Shown: positions 24,819 through 36,590 of the stretch, in pieces | Position numbering within the stretch: position 1 is the first letter of the stretch | How the letters are laid out: every line of letters starts with the position of its first letter | Assembly: GCA_003971905.1 (NCBI GenBank) | Contig: RSEE01000059.1 | Coordinates: 248,001 to 312,000, forward strand | DNA from: Moniliella sp. 'wahieum' | Lineage: Eukaryota | Direction: 5' to 3' | Length of the DNA: 64,000 nucleotides | The notes under the pieces: generated by a model | What the model was told of the DNA's origin: nothing | The model's database searches: none | Seen by the model: only the letters and a program-made list of their open reading frames with translations | Made by a program: the position numbers and the translations under genes

Positions 24819-25469
24819 TTACACCGATGCGGTGAGCAGATAGTTCTTAATGGACCACAAAGTCAGTACCAGACCAAGAAACCAATGGGGTTAGGACGAC
24901 ACACCTTCTCGGCCTGGGCCACAGCCGACTTGAACTCTTGGACCGAATTGAAGCAATCCAGCGTGCGCGTCGCATTGTTCCTTTTATCATCTCCTGTCAG
25001 TTCCCTGCCAACACACGGAAAGAAGGACATACTTGTAGCACTGCGCAATTTTCTCGCGCGCCGCAGCAATCTCTGGGGACTGGAGCAGCGATGCGCGCTT
25101 CTCCTGACTGGTCTTGATCTGGGCCTGAATGACATCGAGCTGAGCTTGGAGCTTAGCAGAGCTGGTGGCGGTGGCGGGGAGACTGGCCTCCTTGCTCAGC
25201 GCATCCTTCTCCAGCTCCAACTCGATCTGCCGACGCACATCGGCCTCAGCCTTACGCAGCCGCTTGGCCTCGGCCACAATCGAAGCCTGCACCCGCTCAT
25301 CGAGCTTCTGCAGCTCCTCAGGCGTGAGGCCCTGGCCCTTGGCCGCAGCAAAGAGTGCTTGAGATTCCTTGGACGCCTCAAAGTCGGCCAAAAGCTGAGC
25401 GCCAAGTGACGCCGACTGCTTGCCTTCGGTACGGTCAGCAGTTGCGGGCTTGCTCCCGGACGCTCCCAT
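24819..25469 (-). CDS. MIC19: MICOS subunit MIC19 (DUF1690); introns 24981-25032 and 24846-24904
   Basis: Myristoylation-type start MGASGSK, coiled coil, spliced C-terminus IAQCYKNNATRTLDCFNSVQEFKSAVAQAEKNYLLTASV*. Both introns are GT-AG with CTGAC. Confidence 0.8.
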
Positions 25470-26841
25470 GGTAGCTGGCAGAAAGAAGGTGATGGTGGGG
25501 GCTTCTGTCCACCCGCTTTGGGGGCCTCCCGGCCCTCGCATCGCTCGTCTCCCGGTCTTGGCCGTGCCAGCGTGCGAACGCAGGCCCAGTTGAGCACCAG
25601 CTGACAAATGATTTCATTCTTTCAACTCGATTTTGTTTTCTTCTTCACGCCGCGACGGCTTGGTACCAGAAGGTTACGCTGGGGGCCAACGAAGGATTCC
25701 CAAAACGGAGCCAGGGACAAGGACGACGCTATTCCGACCAACATAGCCATGCAGGTCCACAGAGGATCCTGACCTAGTGTTCACTACGAAAAACGTCGCA
25801 CAGAAACGGGGACAAAAGGGGTATTCATATCTTCCTGGGAAGGAGTGTGGGATCAAAAAATGACCGCTTCACCGGATTCGAGGTGGGCGGTGTCTGCAGA
25901 CCCACCCCTCCGCCCAGGTTGCCCTGAGAAGAGAGTAGCCTTGCTCTTCCCCATACTTAAATTGGCCCGTCCCATAGGCCTCGAGAAGCTGGGCGGACCA
26001 GAGTGTTGATGGGGGTGACGCCTGTCAATGGGCCAATGGCCGGGGGGCGGAGATGTCTGTCGTCAGTAGCTCGTCAAGGCGAGATGGGTTGCGCAGCAGT
26101 GGCAGGTGCTACACAGCCAGCCGCATGATTTGGCCGGAGGAAGGGGATAGGAGGTTGCCGGCTCGTCCGTCGATCGATTGGATGGTTGCTGGGCAGTGGT
26201 TTGGAGGGGAGAAGAACCAAACCAGCGGGTGCAACCCGCCTTTTTGACCAACAGACGACGGCGGCCGGTGGAGGCGTTCCGGGCACTCTGAGCTCATTCC
26301 GCCGGTCGATGACCAGCATTTCCGATTCCCGCTTCAATCCATGTGGGTTTGAATGTGGCGGCGCGGGTTTGAAATGATTTTGTCGAGCCCAAGTTTGAAT
26401 CCCTCGGAGATATCAGTCTGAGAGGTGACTGGTGAGTGATAATGGTTGGCGATCTGAGACCCCCTTGTTTACGGGCTGACATAAGCGCTACGCAGAGGCG
26501 CGGCGCTTGCGTGGGCTGGGTGGCGGCGGGTGGCTGCGGCTGCCGATAGGGCATCGGCACCGATCCCCGCCGGGGTGGGACTGGCCCAGTTGGACGATGA
26601 TCGGCGCATGATCCATCGCCGCATGCCTGCTGGGGCGATATGATAACGCAGGCCGCCGCCCAGCCACCCTCGGCAACGCTCCCTGCAGTGCATCCCCTGC
26701 CCCTCCTACCACCACCACCTCCTCCTCCACCACCGCCCTCAGCAGCACCAGCCCCTCTTTGGTGCGTCTTGGTCGTGTCCCCCTCTTGCATGCATTGCAC
26801 CCACACGCCCTGACCACCCTCCCCCCCATCTCCAGCCCACA

Positions 26842-27306
26842 ATGCAGCTCACTGTTCGCTCCGTGTCAGGCCACGCCTACCCACTCTCCCTCCCCACCGG
26901 CGCTACCGGTGCGCAGGCCAAGACCATGCTCCAGCAGCTTGCCGGCGTTGACGTCGCCCAGCAAAGGCTTTTCTCCCCATCCACTCGATCCTGGATTGGC
27001 GACACTGAATCCCTTTCGACCGACGACCTCTGCCTTGTGCTCCGTCTCCGCGGCGGGGGCAAGAAACGATGCCAGCACAATGCAGGCCAAGTGACGCAGC
27101 AAGGAGGCAATGCCCAATGCCGTGATGCTGCGGTGCGGCTGGTAGGCGAGTGCCCCCACTGCAAGCTGCAATTCTGTGCCCAGCACCGTCTCCCCGAACA
27201 GCACATGTGTGCACTCCAAGATCAAGTGCGCCACGCTGCGTTCCAAGCCAACAAACGACGGCTCGAGGCTGAGCGCACCACTGCAACCCATGGTCTGGCC
27301 CACTAA
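26842..27306 (+). CDS. Ubiquitin-like domain + AN1 zinc finger protein, 154 aa
   Basis: MQLTVRS...QQRL...LVLRLRGG followed by C...C...CPHCKLQFCAQHRLPEQHMC. Confidence 0.88.
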   Translation: MQLTVRSVSGHAYPLSLPTGATGAQAKTMLQQLAGVDVAQQRLFSPSTRSWIGDTESLSTDDLCLVLRLRGGGKKRCQHNAGQVTQQGGNAQCRDAAVRLVGECPHCKLQFCAQHRLPEQHMCALQDQVRHAAFQANKRRLEAERTTATHGLAH

Positions 27307-28142
27307 GGCCTCAGCATGGCTTTTGCTTATTTTTTTCGCCCACGGCTACGCCGCACCTGCCGCGTCTCCCTTTCAGGCACATCTCCATGTACCGTGCTAC
27401 TCAACTCTCACCCGACAAGCTCGGTGTATATACCGCCCACACTCCCCTGGGCTGCCCCCAACCTTCTCTTTTTTCTTGATCCTTCCCTCCTTGCTGTGAG
27501 GACCCCTATGCGCCGCTTGGCCTTCTGGTCTGCGCCGCCTTCATGTGCCATACTCCTGATCTCCGTCTCCTTTCCTTTGATATTTTGTCTTCCTCTCCCC
27601 CCGCCTCTCGCTCACTTGAGTTTGTCCGCGCCCCTTCACCGGCTTCACCGGCTGTCCTTTCTAGTTAACAGAATCTCATTCACTATTTGGCTTTTCTTGG
27701 TATCCCGCTATCGTTCTGGGACTAGGAAGATGGATGTAGATTGCAGGGGCAAGGATGACCTCGATGACCCCTGTTTAATGATGTGAGATGCAGACGATCC
27801 GCGGTGCTCTTTTGCATGCCTGCAGGAAATCCGACGACGCTAGCTAGTACGGAGCTTTTGCCCTCATCCACACACGCCAATACATATACCTTGGGGGTAG
27901 TCGTGAACGCTTTGCCCCTTGTCCGCACAACCGATCCGCTCGGCCAGCTAGGCTTCGCATCGTCGGTACGTAACCCGCAGCTTACCGCACTCCACACACC
28001 ACCACAACCCTGGTCCCAGCTGCGCCTCGTCCCACCTGCCGGCCGTCAGGCGTCAGGCCTTAGGTCGGGTCCTCCGGACGACTCCCACTCCCACCCGCAT
28101 CCTCGATGCCTGGCGTTTGGCCACCACCACCCCTGCCCGACT

Positions 28143-29412
28143 ATGCCCCGCCTCGCCACGTCGCCACAGCAGCAGCGCCAGCTGGCCCCGCCTCTCGGGA
28201 GCCGGCCGCTGGACATGCTCATCTGGTACAAGCCCGTCCCCATCGCCACGCTTTCACTGCCAGGCAGTCTGCCCTTGCCACCCGAAACGCAAGTGCCCAA
28301 TGCCTGCCCCGCCGAGGTAAGGTTAGCTGTTGGCACCGCCGCGCAGACTGTGACGGTGGTGCTCAAGACGGCGGCCGTACTGTTGATGCTGGACGAGCTG
28401 GCAAGCGGATGGCACCTACTCCATCAAGGCGCCGCCATTGCCTTTGCGATCCAACTTGTTGTGGACTTAATCCGTTCCTGGGCGACTTTAGCCCTCGTTG
28501 TCATTCTCCGCCGCCTATCGTATCACAACCTATGCCGCTCTCACTGGTTCGGCATCACCATCCTCTGCATCTTGTCGTTGGCAGAGATCGGGTCATTTGG
28601 TAAGTCGCCCCCCCTCCCCGTCTCTGCTAAACGTTGCTTGGTTCAGTTACTCACGCCTTCCAGTCGTCTCCCAAGTAATGTATGTCCAAGCAAGGCGCGA
28701 GGGAAGCCATCCCGACCCACCCCTCCAGCTGTTGGAATGCAAGACGATCGCCCTGGTCCTGCTCGACGAGCTCAGTTGGGTGGGATGCCACCTCTTGTAC
28801 CTCCTGGCCCAACCGCCCATCAACCACTTCCTCACCACCGTGCTATTCCCCGAACAGGTATACCTCCTCCTCCCGCCCGACAAGCCAAGGGGCCAAAGTC
28901 CTCTCCCCCCCCGCGCAAATACCCCCGCTACACCGTCGGAGACAAGTCCTTTGCTTGCCCCGTCCGCCTCTACCGCAGGGGGAGCAACCACGCTTCCTCA
29001 ACCCATCTCACCGTCGCAGCCTATCCAGCCTCTGCAGCACACCCATCCCATCCAATCCGTTCAATCCGAGCCTCAACGCCAGTGCCAAGTCACAGACGCC
29101 GATACAGCCTCACATAGTCCTATCTTTCTTTCACCTGCACCACAAGATGTGGAGGATGATCCTGCTCAGCCGTTCATCGGTGGGTCGGTGGACGTAGCAC
29201 CGCAGCCGAAGGCCACCTCCTCTCGGACAGCTGCACCAGTGGTCCGAACGCCCGAACCCGAACCCGAACCGAGCCTGGCACCACAGACTATGGTGGTGCG
29301 TACACCTCCTGGGCCGGAACGGACGCGAGGGCCATCGACGACCGATGAATGGGGCTGGGATCCGTCGCTGCCAAGTTCCGATTCAGATCCACAAGTGGTA
29401 TGGGGAAGCTGA
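28143..29412 (+). CDS. Hypothetical multi-pass membrane protein with Pro-rich tail; intron ~28600-28663
   Basis: Several hydrophobic segments. A GTAAGT...TTCCAG intron joins ORF 27783-29117 to ORF 28498-29412. Start codon uncertain. Confidence 0.6.
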
Positions 29413-29570
29413 GCGGGGGCGAAAGCCTGTACGGATCTGCTGCGCTCCCAAAAGGAGCCACCTTGGTCAGTGGACATGTCTTCTCGGTCGGGGTTCGGGG
29501 AGTGCTGTTCTTCGCTTGGCAACTTTTCGAGTTCTATCCTTCCCTCTTGACGAGTTTGTTGGTGTGACGT

Positions 29571-29643
29571 TGAACATTGATCCTCGATCCTTGAGCCTTG
29601 AGCCTTGAGCCTTGAGCCTTGAGCCTTGATCCTTGAGCCTTCA
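29571..29643. repeat. Phased heptamer array, mostly (TGAGCCT)n
   Basis: TGA (one CGA, last TCA) at 11 consecutive 7-bp positions from 29571 to 29641. Confidence 0.9.
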
Positions 29644-30806
29644 TTGCTTCCTTCTCCAAACTTTGTTTCGTTTGCGTTTACAATTGACGTGATGCGTACC
29701 CCTCGTGGAGGGTGTCCCTCCTCTTTCCTCTGTAGATGCGACAGGATATGTTGTGGAGGTTCCTACGGGCTGATCCAGAAAATCAAAAGCAGAAGGGATT
29801 GTACACCCGTCTCTCATGCAAGATTGATACGGGGAAACGCAATCCCAATATATATACGTAACACTGAAAAGGTCTGTAGCTAAGGTTCAAGCCGACCAGG
29901 TCGCGGTGTACCCCCACGAGGGCGTGCGAAGCAAGAGCCGAGGGGCAACAGGGATATTTAGGGGGATTTGTTATTCTCTTCGGTCGCTTCTTTCCTCTGA
30001 TCCATGGTGGATCTGATACCAATTCTCTGGATCGGTTTGACTATAGGATGAAGATGGGCAGTTCCTTTCCTCGTTTAGAAATGGATGCACATAATAGCGG
30101 ATCACTGCGCCAGACCCACACCCCTCTATGCTTGCGGCACAGACGCTGACCCAAGGAAAAAAGGGGGGGGCAAGTCTTCATTGCACCGTGGAAGGACGCA
30201 GCCCCCGGATTAGGCAAGAATCCTATTATTGTTCATCTGCCCATTTCGCATGCTAGAGGCTCTCTACCCCTTGCCACTCAAGATCCAGGGGAACGTAGTG
30301 AGTAGGACGATGGACTGAACGATGTGACCTTTTGACCTGAACGACCAATCTCCAACGGCGTTCCTGTCTCACCTTTGGCCGCTCTCGAAATCCAGCACGT
30401 CAAGCCCAAGCGAAAGACCAACCGCGAGATCAGGCGTGGATGGACGCTATGGTGCAGCGGCTCATGGGCGAACGATCGTCCCAAGAAAAGATGAGGGACG
30501 AGTTGGGCCTCGGCCGTGGACGAGGTCCACAGCTAGCTTGAGGTTGTGGTTGCTAGAGCTCCCCCCTCCCCCCGCTCCCGCCCATGCCCTCGGCATTCCT
30601 TAACCGCTTTGCAGCACATCCGTCTGTTACCCGCCTTTCACCTTTTAGGTCCAAGTCAAGCTTGTAGGTATGGGTTCAAAGTCATATTGGTTGTAGGGGG
30701 AAGAACAGAGAAACGAGAAGAGAAAAGAAGAGAAGAGAAGAGGGGAGGGAGAAGGGACAAGGGATAGAAGAGGAGGGAGGGAGAGAGGAGAAAAGGAGAG
30801 CAAGGG

Positions 30807-32115
30807 TTATAAGAGCAATGCCAAAAAGCTGAGCCCCATCATCAACGCGCTCACCCCCAGCCACGATAGATCGACTCAATTCCTTCTTCCTCCACCATGG
30901 TGCGCAGACAATCCGCCAGGCCCGTGTACGGCCGCACCGTACCGGCGCCCGCATCCGCCTCAATCGCCGACGACGCACATGGACGGAGCACCACCACGGG
31001 CTCCTCAACCGCACCGGGCTCGGAGGGCGGGGCGGCGGACCGCCCCCCCAAAGGCGCATGTTCATCCTCTTCTTCGTCCGCGTGGCGGGCACTCACCCCA
31101 GCTTGGTGCGAGATAGGGTTGATGGTCGGGTCGGACCCGACGGCGCGCGAGGGGGGCTCGCGAGCGCGTTGGGTAGACAGACGGATGGTGGCACATTGCA
31201 GCGGGATGGTGACAGCACCACTGACCACACTCCACACCAAGAAGCCCGCCAGACCTAGGGCCGTGTACCGCCGTCCTCCTGGTCCCGACCCGGGGCTGTC
31301 GGCCGGGAGCGAGGAGGCGCCCAAGTTATGTGGCTCCGACGTCGCAGGGCCAAAGCAGATTCGCTGTGCCAGCGGGTTGCAAAACGCAATCAAAAGTGTG
31401 TGCAGCAAACATACGCTCGCCATGCCCGGCAACGTGTACAGTTTCCACGGCCGCCGTAGCTCACTGGGACTCAACAGTTGGCGTAGGTTCTGGATCGGTT
31501 GCGTCCAGGGTAATGCGTGGGGGTGCACAATCGTCCTAAGAAACAAACAATCAGGTCAGTGTCAACTTTTTTTCCGGCACCAAAAGCGTATGTGACCCTT
31601 GGAACAGCTCCCGCTACGTACCGGTGGGAGAGAATGGACATGGGCAAGTCGATAAAGGCGGCAATGAGGACGCAGATCCCCAAAGCAAAGATCCCGATTT
31701 CACCCTTGGCCGCAGCGCGCTTCCACTTGGACCCGGACGTAACAAAGGGGGCGAGAAGGAGGGTGCCGATCAAGGTGAACCAAGTCATTTGGATGGCCAC
31801 GGGCAACGAGCCGCGGTACAAGCCAGTCCAACCCTCGAGGGAGATCACGCGCTTGGCCATGCCAAACACACCCGAGGTCACCGGCCGATCTTGACCGGTT
31901 CGGCGCGGACAGAGAAGAGCCCGCTGGCGCGTCGGGAGGAGGGCGGATCGGCTTCGTCGGCCAGGCCGAGCGATACGGCACGCGGAAGGTAGTTGGCACG
32001 GAGACGGACGAGGGAGCTCTGGAGCGGCTGGGAGAAGAGGATGGAGACGGCGGTGAGGATGGCGAAGCCGATGAGGGTGGCGAGGCCCATAAAGAGGGCT
32101 CGTGAGGAGGCCCAT
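30807..32115 (-). CDS. Atypical mitochondrial carrier-family (Solcar) protein; intron ~31539-31621, apparent frameshifts
   Basis: PLQSSLVRLRA, GVFGMAKRVISLEGWTGLYRG, PLQCATIRLSTQ, YTGLADCLRTMVEEEGIESIYRGW. Confidence 0.75.
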
Positions 32116-33508
32116 GGCAGACAGACAGGCGCGCGAGGCGAAGGCGGTGGGGGCGGCCGCTTGGCTTGGCTGCGCTCCGCAGAGTGGCTGGGGACGGCCC
32201 GGCTGGGTGCTCCGGCTGAGGCTGACGTGCGCAGCGGCAGCGGCAGCTGGTCACGTGACGTACCGGCAGGCTCTGGCGCTTGGCTCCCAACCGCTGCGGT
32301 AGTCCGGCAGCCGATGAAACATTCAGGCGCACGCACGTGATGGTCACGCCTCAGTCTGAGGACGAAGACTCAGTTAAACGTTCAAGTTCAGCTTGCTTGA
32401 ACTCCCATCGCATCTCTCTCGCTGGCTCTTCTGCCACCCAGCCCCTCCTCCACCAGACCACCCACCACCCCCGCCTGTTAACCATGGGCAGTTAGCCCAG
32501 CATCCCTTCCCCAGTGCTATGCGCTGCCCCCGTTTGGATTCCCCACACTCACATGCGTAGAATGCTTGGACGTACACCACACCGACGCACCGTCGTCTTC
32601 CGCCATATGCATCTCGATATGCATATTCCCTCGCCTCACGCTCTAGTGCTCCACTAATAGTACCCTTTAGCAAATAGGCCTCTTTGCATCATCTGACCAT
32701 GCTTTCCCAAAAAGGGCAAAAGGGATGGGGCTGGAGGATGGCATCGACAGCCTGTTGTCTGAAAGGCTTGTGCGCCAGGGACGTTCAACATACTATATCT
32801 CCCCTGTTTATTCAGCCAGTACTCCGTTGAGACGAACGCGCTTCATCCCCTCTTCTCCCTCTCTGGCCTCTATGGACCCTAAGGTCTCATCACTTCCAGC
32901 CGGACTGCTTGGCTCTATCATATACTCTTGGAAACTGTAGTAGGAGAATCTATATTTCTTGTGGCTATTCGGGAACAAGTGCATATATTGGAGGAGGGGA
33001 TCTGCTGTTGGCCTGCGACACGCGCACACACAGGTTCTGTCGTTTTTGGGTGCAAACCGAGTCGGTGCCCTATTGGATACAGATTGCCGTCCCGTCTAGG
33101 CTGTCAGCCTATACTTACACCTAGAGAGAAGCGCCTCCTCAGAATTACGGGTCTGCGTCGGCGGCACGCGGCCTATGCCCTTTCATTGACTGTACTTCAG
33201 AGGGAAGAACAGGGCCGATAAAGCGGATTTTGTCAAGATGAGAGGCCTGAGGGGGGAGGCTACGATTAGCCAGTAGGATCTTAATGTGCGTGAGGCGCAA
33301 AAGGGGCACTCTTTAGGGACGTGGGCATTGTGTTTGTTCTCTCCCTCTTTTTCCCTCCCATTGCGACCTCCAGTGGACAAGGCGCAACAAGCTGCGGCCT
33401 TTGGATCGTTCTGTGCCAGCCCCAAGGCAATGAAACAATGGGAGCAGCAAAACGTGGCCAAGGTGCCTAGCCACAGGGACTAAGGACTGGCTGAGCGCTG
33501 TCGAACGT

Positions 33509-33789
33509 TGAACATTGAATTTGAACGTTGATCGATGATCGTTGACTAGTGATCCGATCGATGATCTCCTTATGATCGCCCGGCCCCCAACCTAAGAACC
33601 CAAGAAAGTCACTAATAGCGACTTCAATAAGCTTCAAACACGTTCAACGCTTCAACTCGAACTTTTTGTGTTACGCTCCGTTGTGCCCTAAACTTATGAA
33701 ACGCAGGTGTCGCGGATGGCATGGATGACATGGTACTTGGGGCTCAGTGAGCACTGGCTGAACGCTGAACGTTGAACGTTGAACGTTGA
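33509..33789. repeat. Two phased (TGA-N4)n arrays
   Basis: TGA at 33522, 33529, 33536, 33543, 33550 (spacers ACGT, TCGA, TCGT, CTAG) and at 33759, 33766, 33773, 33780, 33787. Confidence 0.85.
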
Positions 33790-34206
33790 ACCCACGACGC
33801 TGACCAAGTTGGGGTGCGTGGACGCTCAACACAGGCGCTGTTCCTGTTGGAAACTGGAATTCAGCGCAGTCACATGTCAACGCCACATCACATGCATCAC
33901 ACGCCATGCCTGTCCGGGTACTGAGACCCAGCCGCCCCGCAACTCCACGGGGCGGCGGCGGGATTTGGGCGTTTCGGACTGCGGACACTGCCATGCTGCC
34001 GCCGGCTCCGCGGCGCCACACAAGCAAAGCGGTGCCGAGTTTGTCAAAGCGCCCGCGTAACACACAACCCGCACTCGCCTAACCCCGCTGTGCTTCCCCG
34101 CCGCCTCCGCCGACACTCGCCCGCGATAAAGGAGCACCGCACCGCCCACCGCCGCCGCCGCCACCCCATCACCACCACCCCTCTCCTCCCCCCGCCGCCT
34201 GCCCAC

Positions 34207-35439
34207 ATGCCATCCACCGCCGCCTCCCCGCCGCCCACCCCAAGGGCATCCTCGACCCTGCCTGCTGCCGCGCCCTGCCTTCCGAGCCGCGCAAGCCCAA
34301 CCGGCTCAAGGACGCCTTCCTCGTCCCAAGCCGCCCGGCTCGCTGGCCAAGAAGACCAACACGCTCTCGGCAAGTCGTACCGTCGCACCACCCCGCCCGG
34401 CACCTTCCCCATCCGGGACCCGAAATCCTTGCTGTCGACCCACGCGGGCCCTCTGCCTCCTTGGCGACGCCTGGGTTCCCACTTTTACTCCCCGCCCCAC
34501 CAAAGACGGTTGCGACTCTACCGCAGACAAGAGCAGTACTTCCACCCACACTTTGTCAGTCTACCTCCACTTCCCCCACCACCCCTCGTCCTCTTTCCCC
34601 GCACTTGAACTCGCCTCTGTGTCGAAGCAAGCCGATCGAGCGCCCGCCTCGCCGTCCCTGCGCTTCTGCCCTTTGCCCCTCACGGACCGTAGGGGACGAG
34701 TCGGTCCCAATATCTCCATTGGCGTTACGTCCCGCGCGCACATGCTGGCGATGCAAGCCAATGCAGAACTGCATACCAACCGCCATTCCAACCAGCACAC
34801 TCTTCCTCCCAACCTCCTCCTCCCCTGCCTCCGCCCTGTTTCGCAAAGAGACGGACGTGGTGGACTTGGGCGAGGTAATGCAAAAGGGTGTCAAGAAAAT
34901 CATCAAGCGTCTCCGAAGGAGCCCATGGACCGTCTGCCCACATCCCACCAGCCGTATCAAGCCCAACTCGAACCCCTCCTGGCATGCAAAGGGCACGCCA
35001 CTCGATCAACTCGCTGAATTGCAGTTGCACAACAGACTCTTCGGCTCCTCCACTCTTCAGGACCACCCTTGTGCCCGAGTCGCCCTTTGATCCAGAGGAG
35101 GAGGAGGAGGAGGAGGAGGCGGAGGAGGAGGAAGGAGAGGAGAGGCGAGGGCGAGGAAGAGGAAGAGGAGACGCGGTCCGTGTCGCCTTGAGGGTAGATC
35201 TCTCCCATCCCGTTGTTTGCTTTGCACATGATGGTGCTGCACCCTCTGTTCCTCCCGAAATCAAAGAGTCCGTCGGACTGCGGACGCGGCGGCATGCCTA
35301 CTGTCTCTTTTTCATTTCCCTCCCTACGGACTTGGTCGAATGTCACCCCCCATACATTCAAACCTGCATATTTTTTCTCATCAGCATCTTACCCTCTCTT
35401 ATTCCCGGGTACCCCCCTCTTTGGCCCACCACCTTCTAA
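34207..35439 (+). CDS. Hypothetical Pro/Ser-rich protein with acidic tract; apparent frameshifts, ends approximate
   Basis: CACATG start after a CCN-rich leader. Protein-like segments LRFCPLP...ISIGVTSRAHML, DVVDLGEVMQKGVKKIIKRL and poly-Glu lie in overlapping frames. Confidence 0.45.
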
Positions 35440-36049
35440 TACACATGGCCTCCCTATCATTCATCTCAGAAAGCCAAGCTAAGCCTATGTTTTGTCTTGC
35501 TGTTTCAAGTGGCTGCCTCCACAGCCTCTCTCTTCTCATGACTCACACGTGGTACGACGGCATGTGGGCAAACATCGTTATTATTCCATTCCGTTCCCTG
35601 CATGATGTCGACAAACAATGGTGATCACACTGAACCTAACCCCTTTCTCCGCCTGTTTGAGACGGGATGCTCATCGCGTCATAAGGTACCACCCGCGCGG
35701 TTTCTGGTTCTCTACCGACACATCGATCGCTGTGAGCCTTCTCAGTACACGGCGGATTAAAAAATAGGTAGAAAATGTAGGAGATGTGCAGGGGCTGTAC
35801 ATCTGCGAGGCGTTTGAATGGGTTTTGGAGGACAATGATGTCAGCGAAGGCGAAAAAAGAGTGGTTAGTGGAATGTAATATGTGCATTTGTGTGCAGTGC
35901 CAGGGGCCCAATGCCGTTGCATGTGAAAGCTTCCTATATGCGCTCACGGTAGCTGGCCAAGGGCAGGGAATCGATTTGGCGTAGTCGCCGCACGGAAGGG
36001 TATGCTGTACGGGGGACGTGTCTTCACATTAGCCAGGGGAACATCGGCA

Positions 36050-36590
36050 ATTGGTTTGGCCAAGATCTATAACGTGGTAAATGGAACCTCATTTCATGTG
36101 GACCAAAAGGCTGGCCATGCGGGACAGCATTGCCCACTGATAGGGGTTTGCTCATCAGGCGTCCATCCTGCGGCTAGTTGCTTGAGTACAGGGCACGCAG
36201 GGACGACTGGTGCAGCCCGCTGCAGAAGATAGGCCTTGGTCCTTCACATTGCTTTGAAAAGTCTGTTGGGCTCTCTCAGCAAACCGACGAGGTCATCGAG
36301 AGTATTTCGTCCTGATGAATCCATAGTCGGACAGGCGCGTTTGAGAGATGGGTCTGAAACCGAAATCCGTCAAGTGAGACTATCTCGCAGAGGTTAGGCT
36401 ATCGTATACGCGGACTTGTCACTTCTTCACCATCTCTTCTTCTTTTCATCAGGCGTGTGTGGGCTCGTGAACCAACCATCTGACCCATTCCTCGTTGGTT
36501 CCGACAACAGTAAGGTTGGATGTGTGGTCGGAGCTTGGCACCACTGGTCCGTGTAGTATAGGCGTCCGTCATCGCAGTTTCTGACTCCGC
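36050..36590 (-). pseudogene. Possible degraded Ty3/gypsy integrase remnant
   Basis: Broken frames give DGRLYY, VRWLVHE, RVYDSL, TMD, DFSK, GWTP and IS...AFW in the order expected for a gypsy integrase. Low-GC, ORF-poor region. Confidence 0.4.

Noticed and set aside
25855..25882. tRNA-like 3' end on the minus strand (TCGAATCCGG...TTTTTT)
   Set aside because: No matching 5' acceptor strand, D arm or T stem upstream.
33111..33260. ATACTTAC start resembling U1 snRNA
   Set aside because: Not followed by CTG; no U1-70K or U1A loop consensus.
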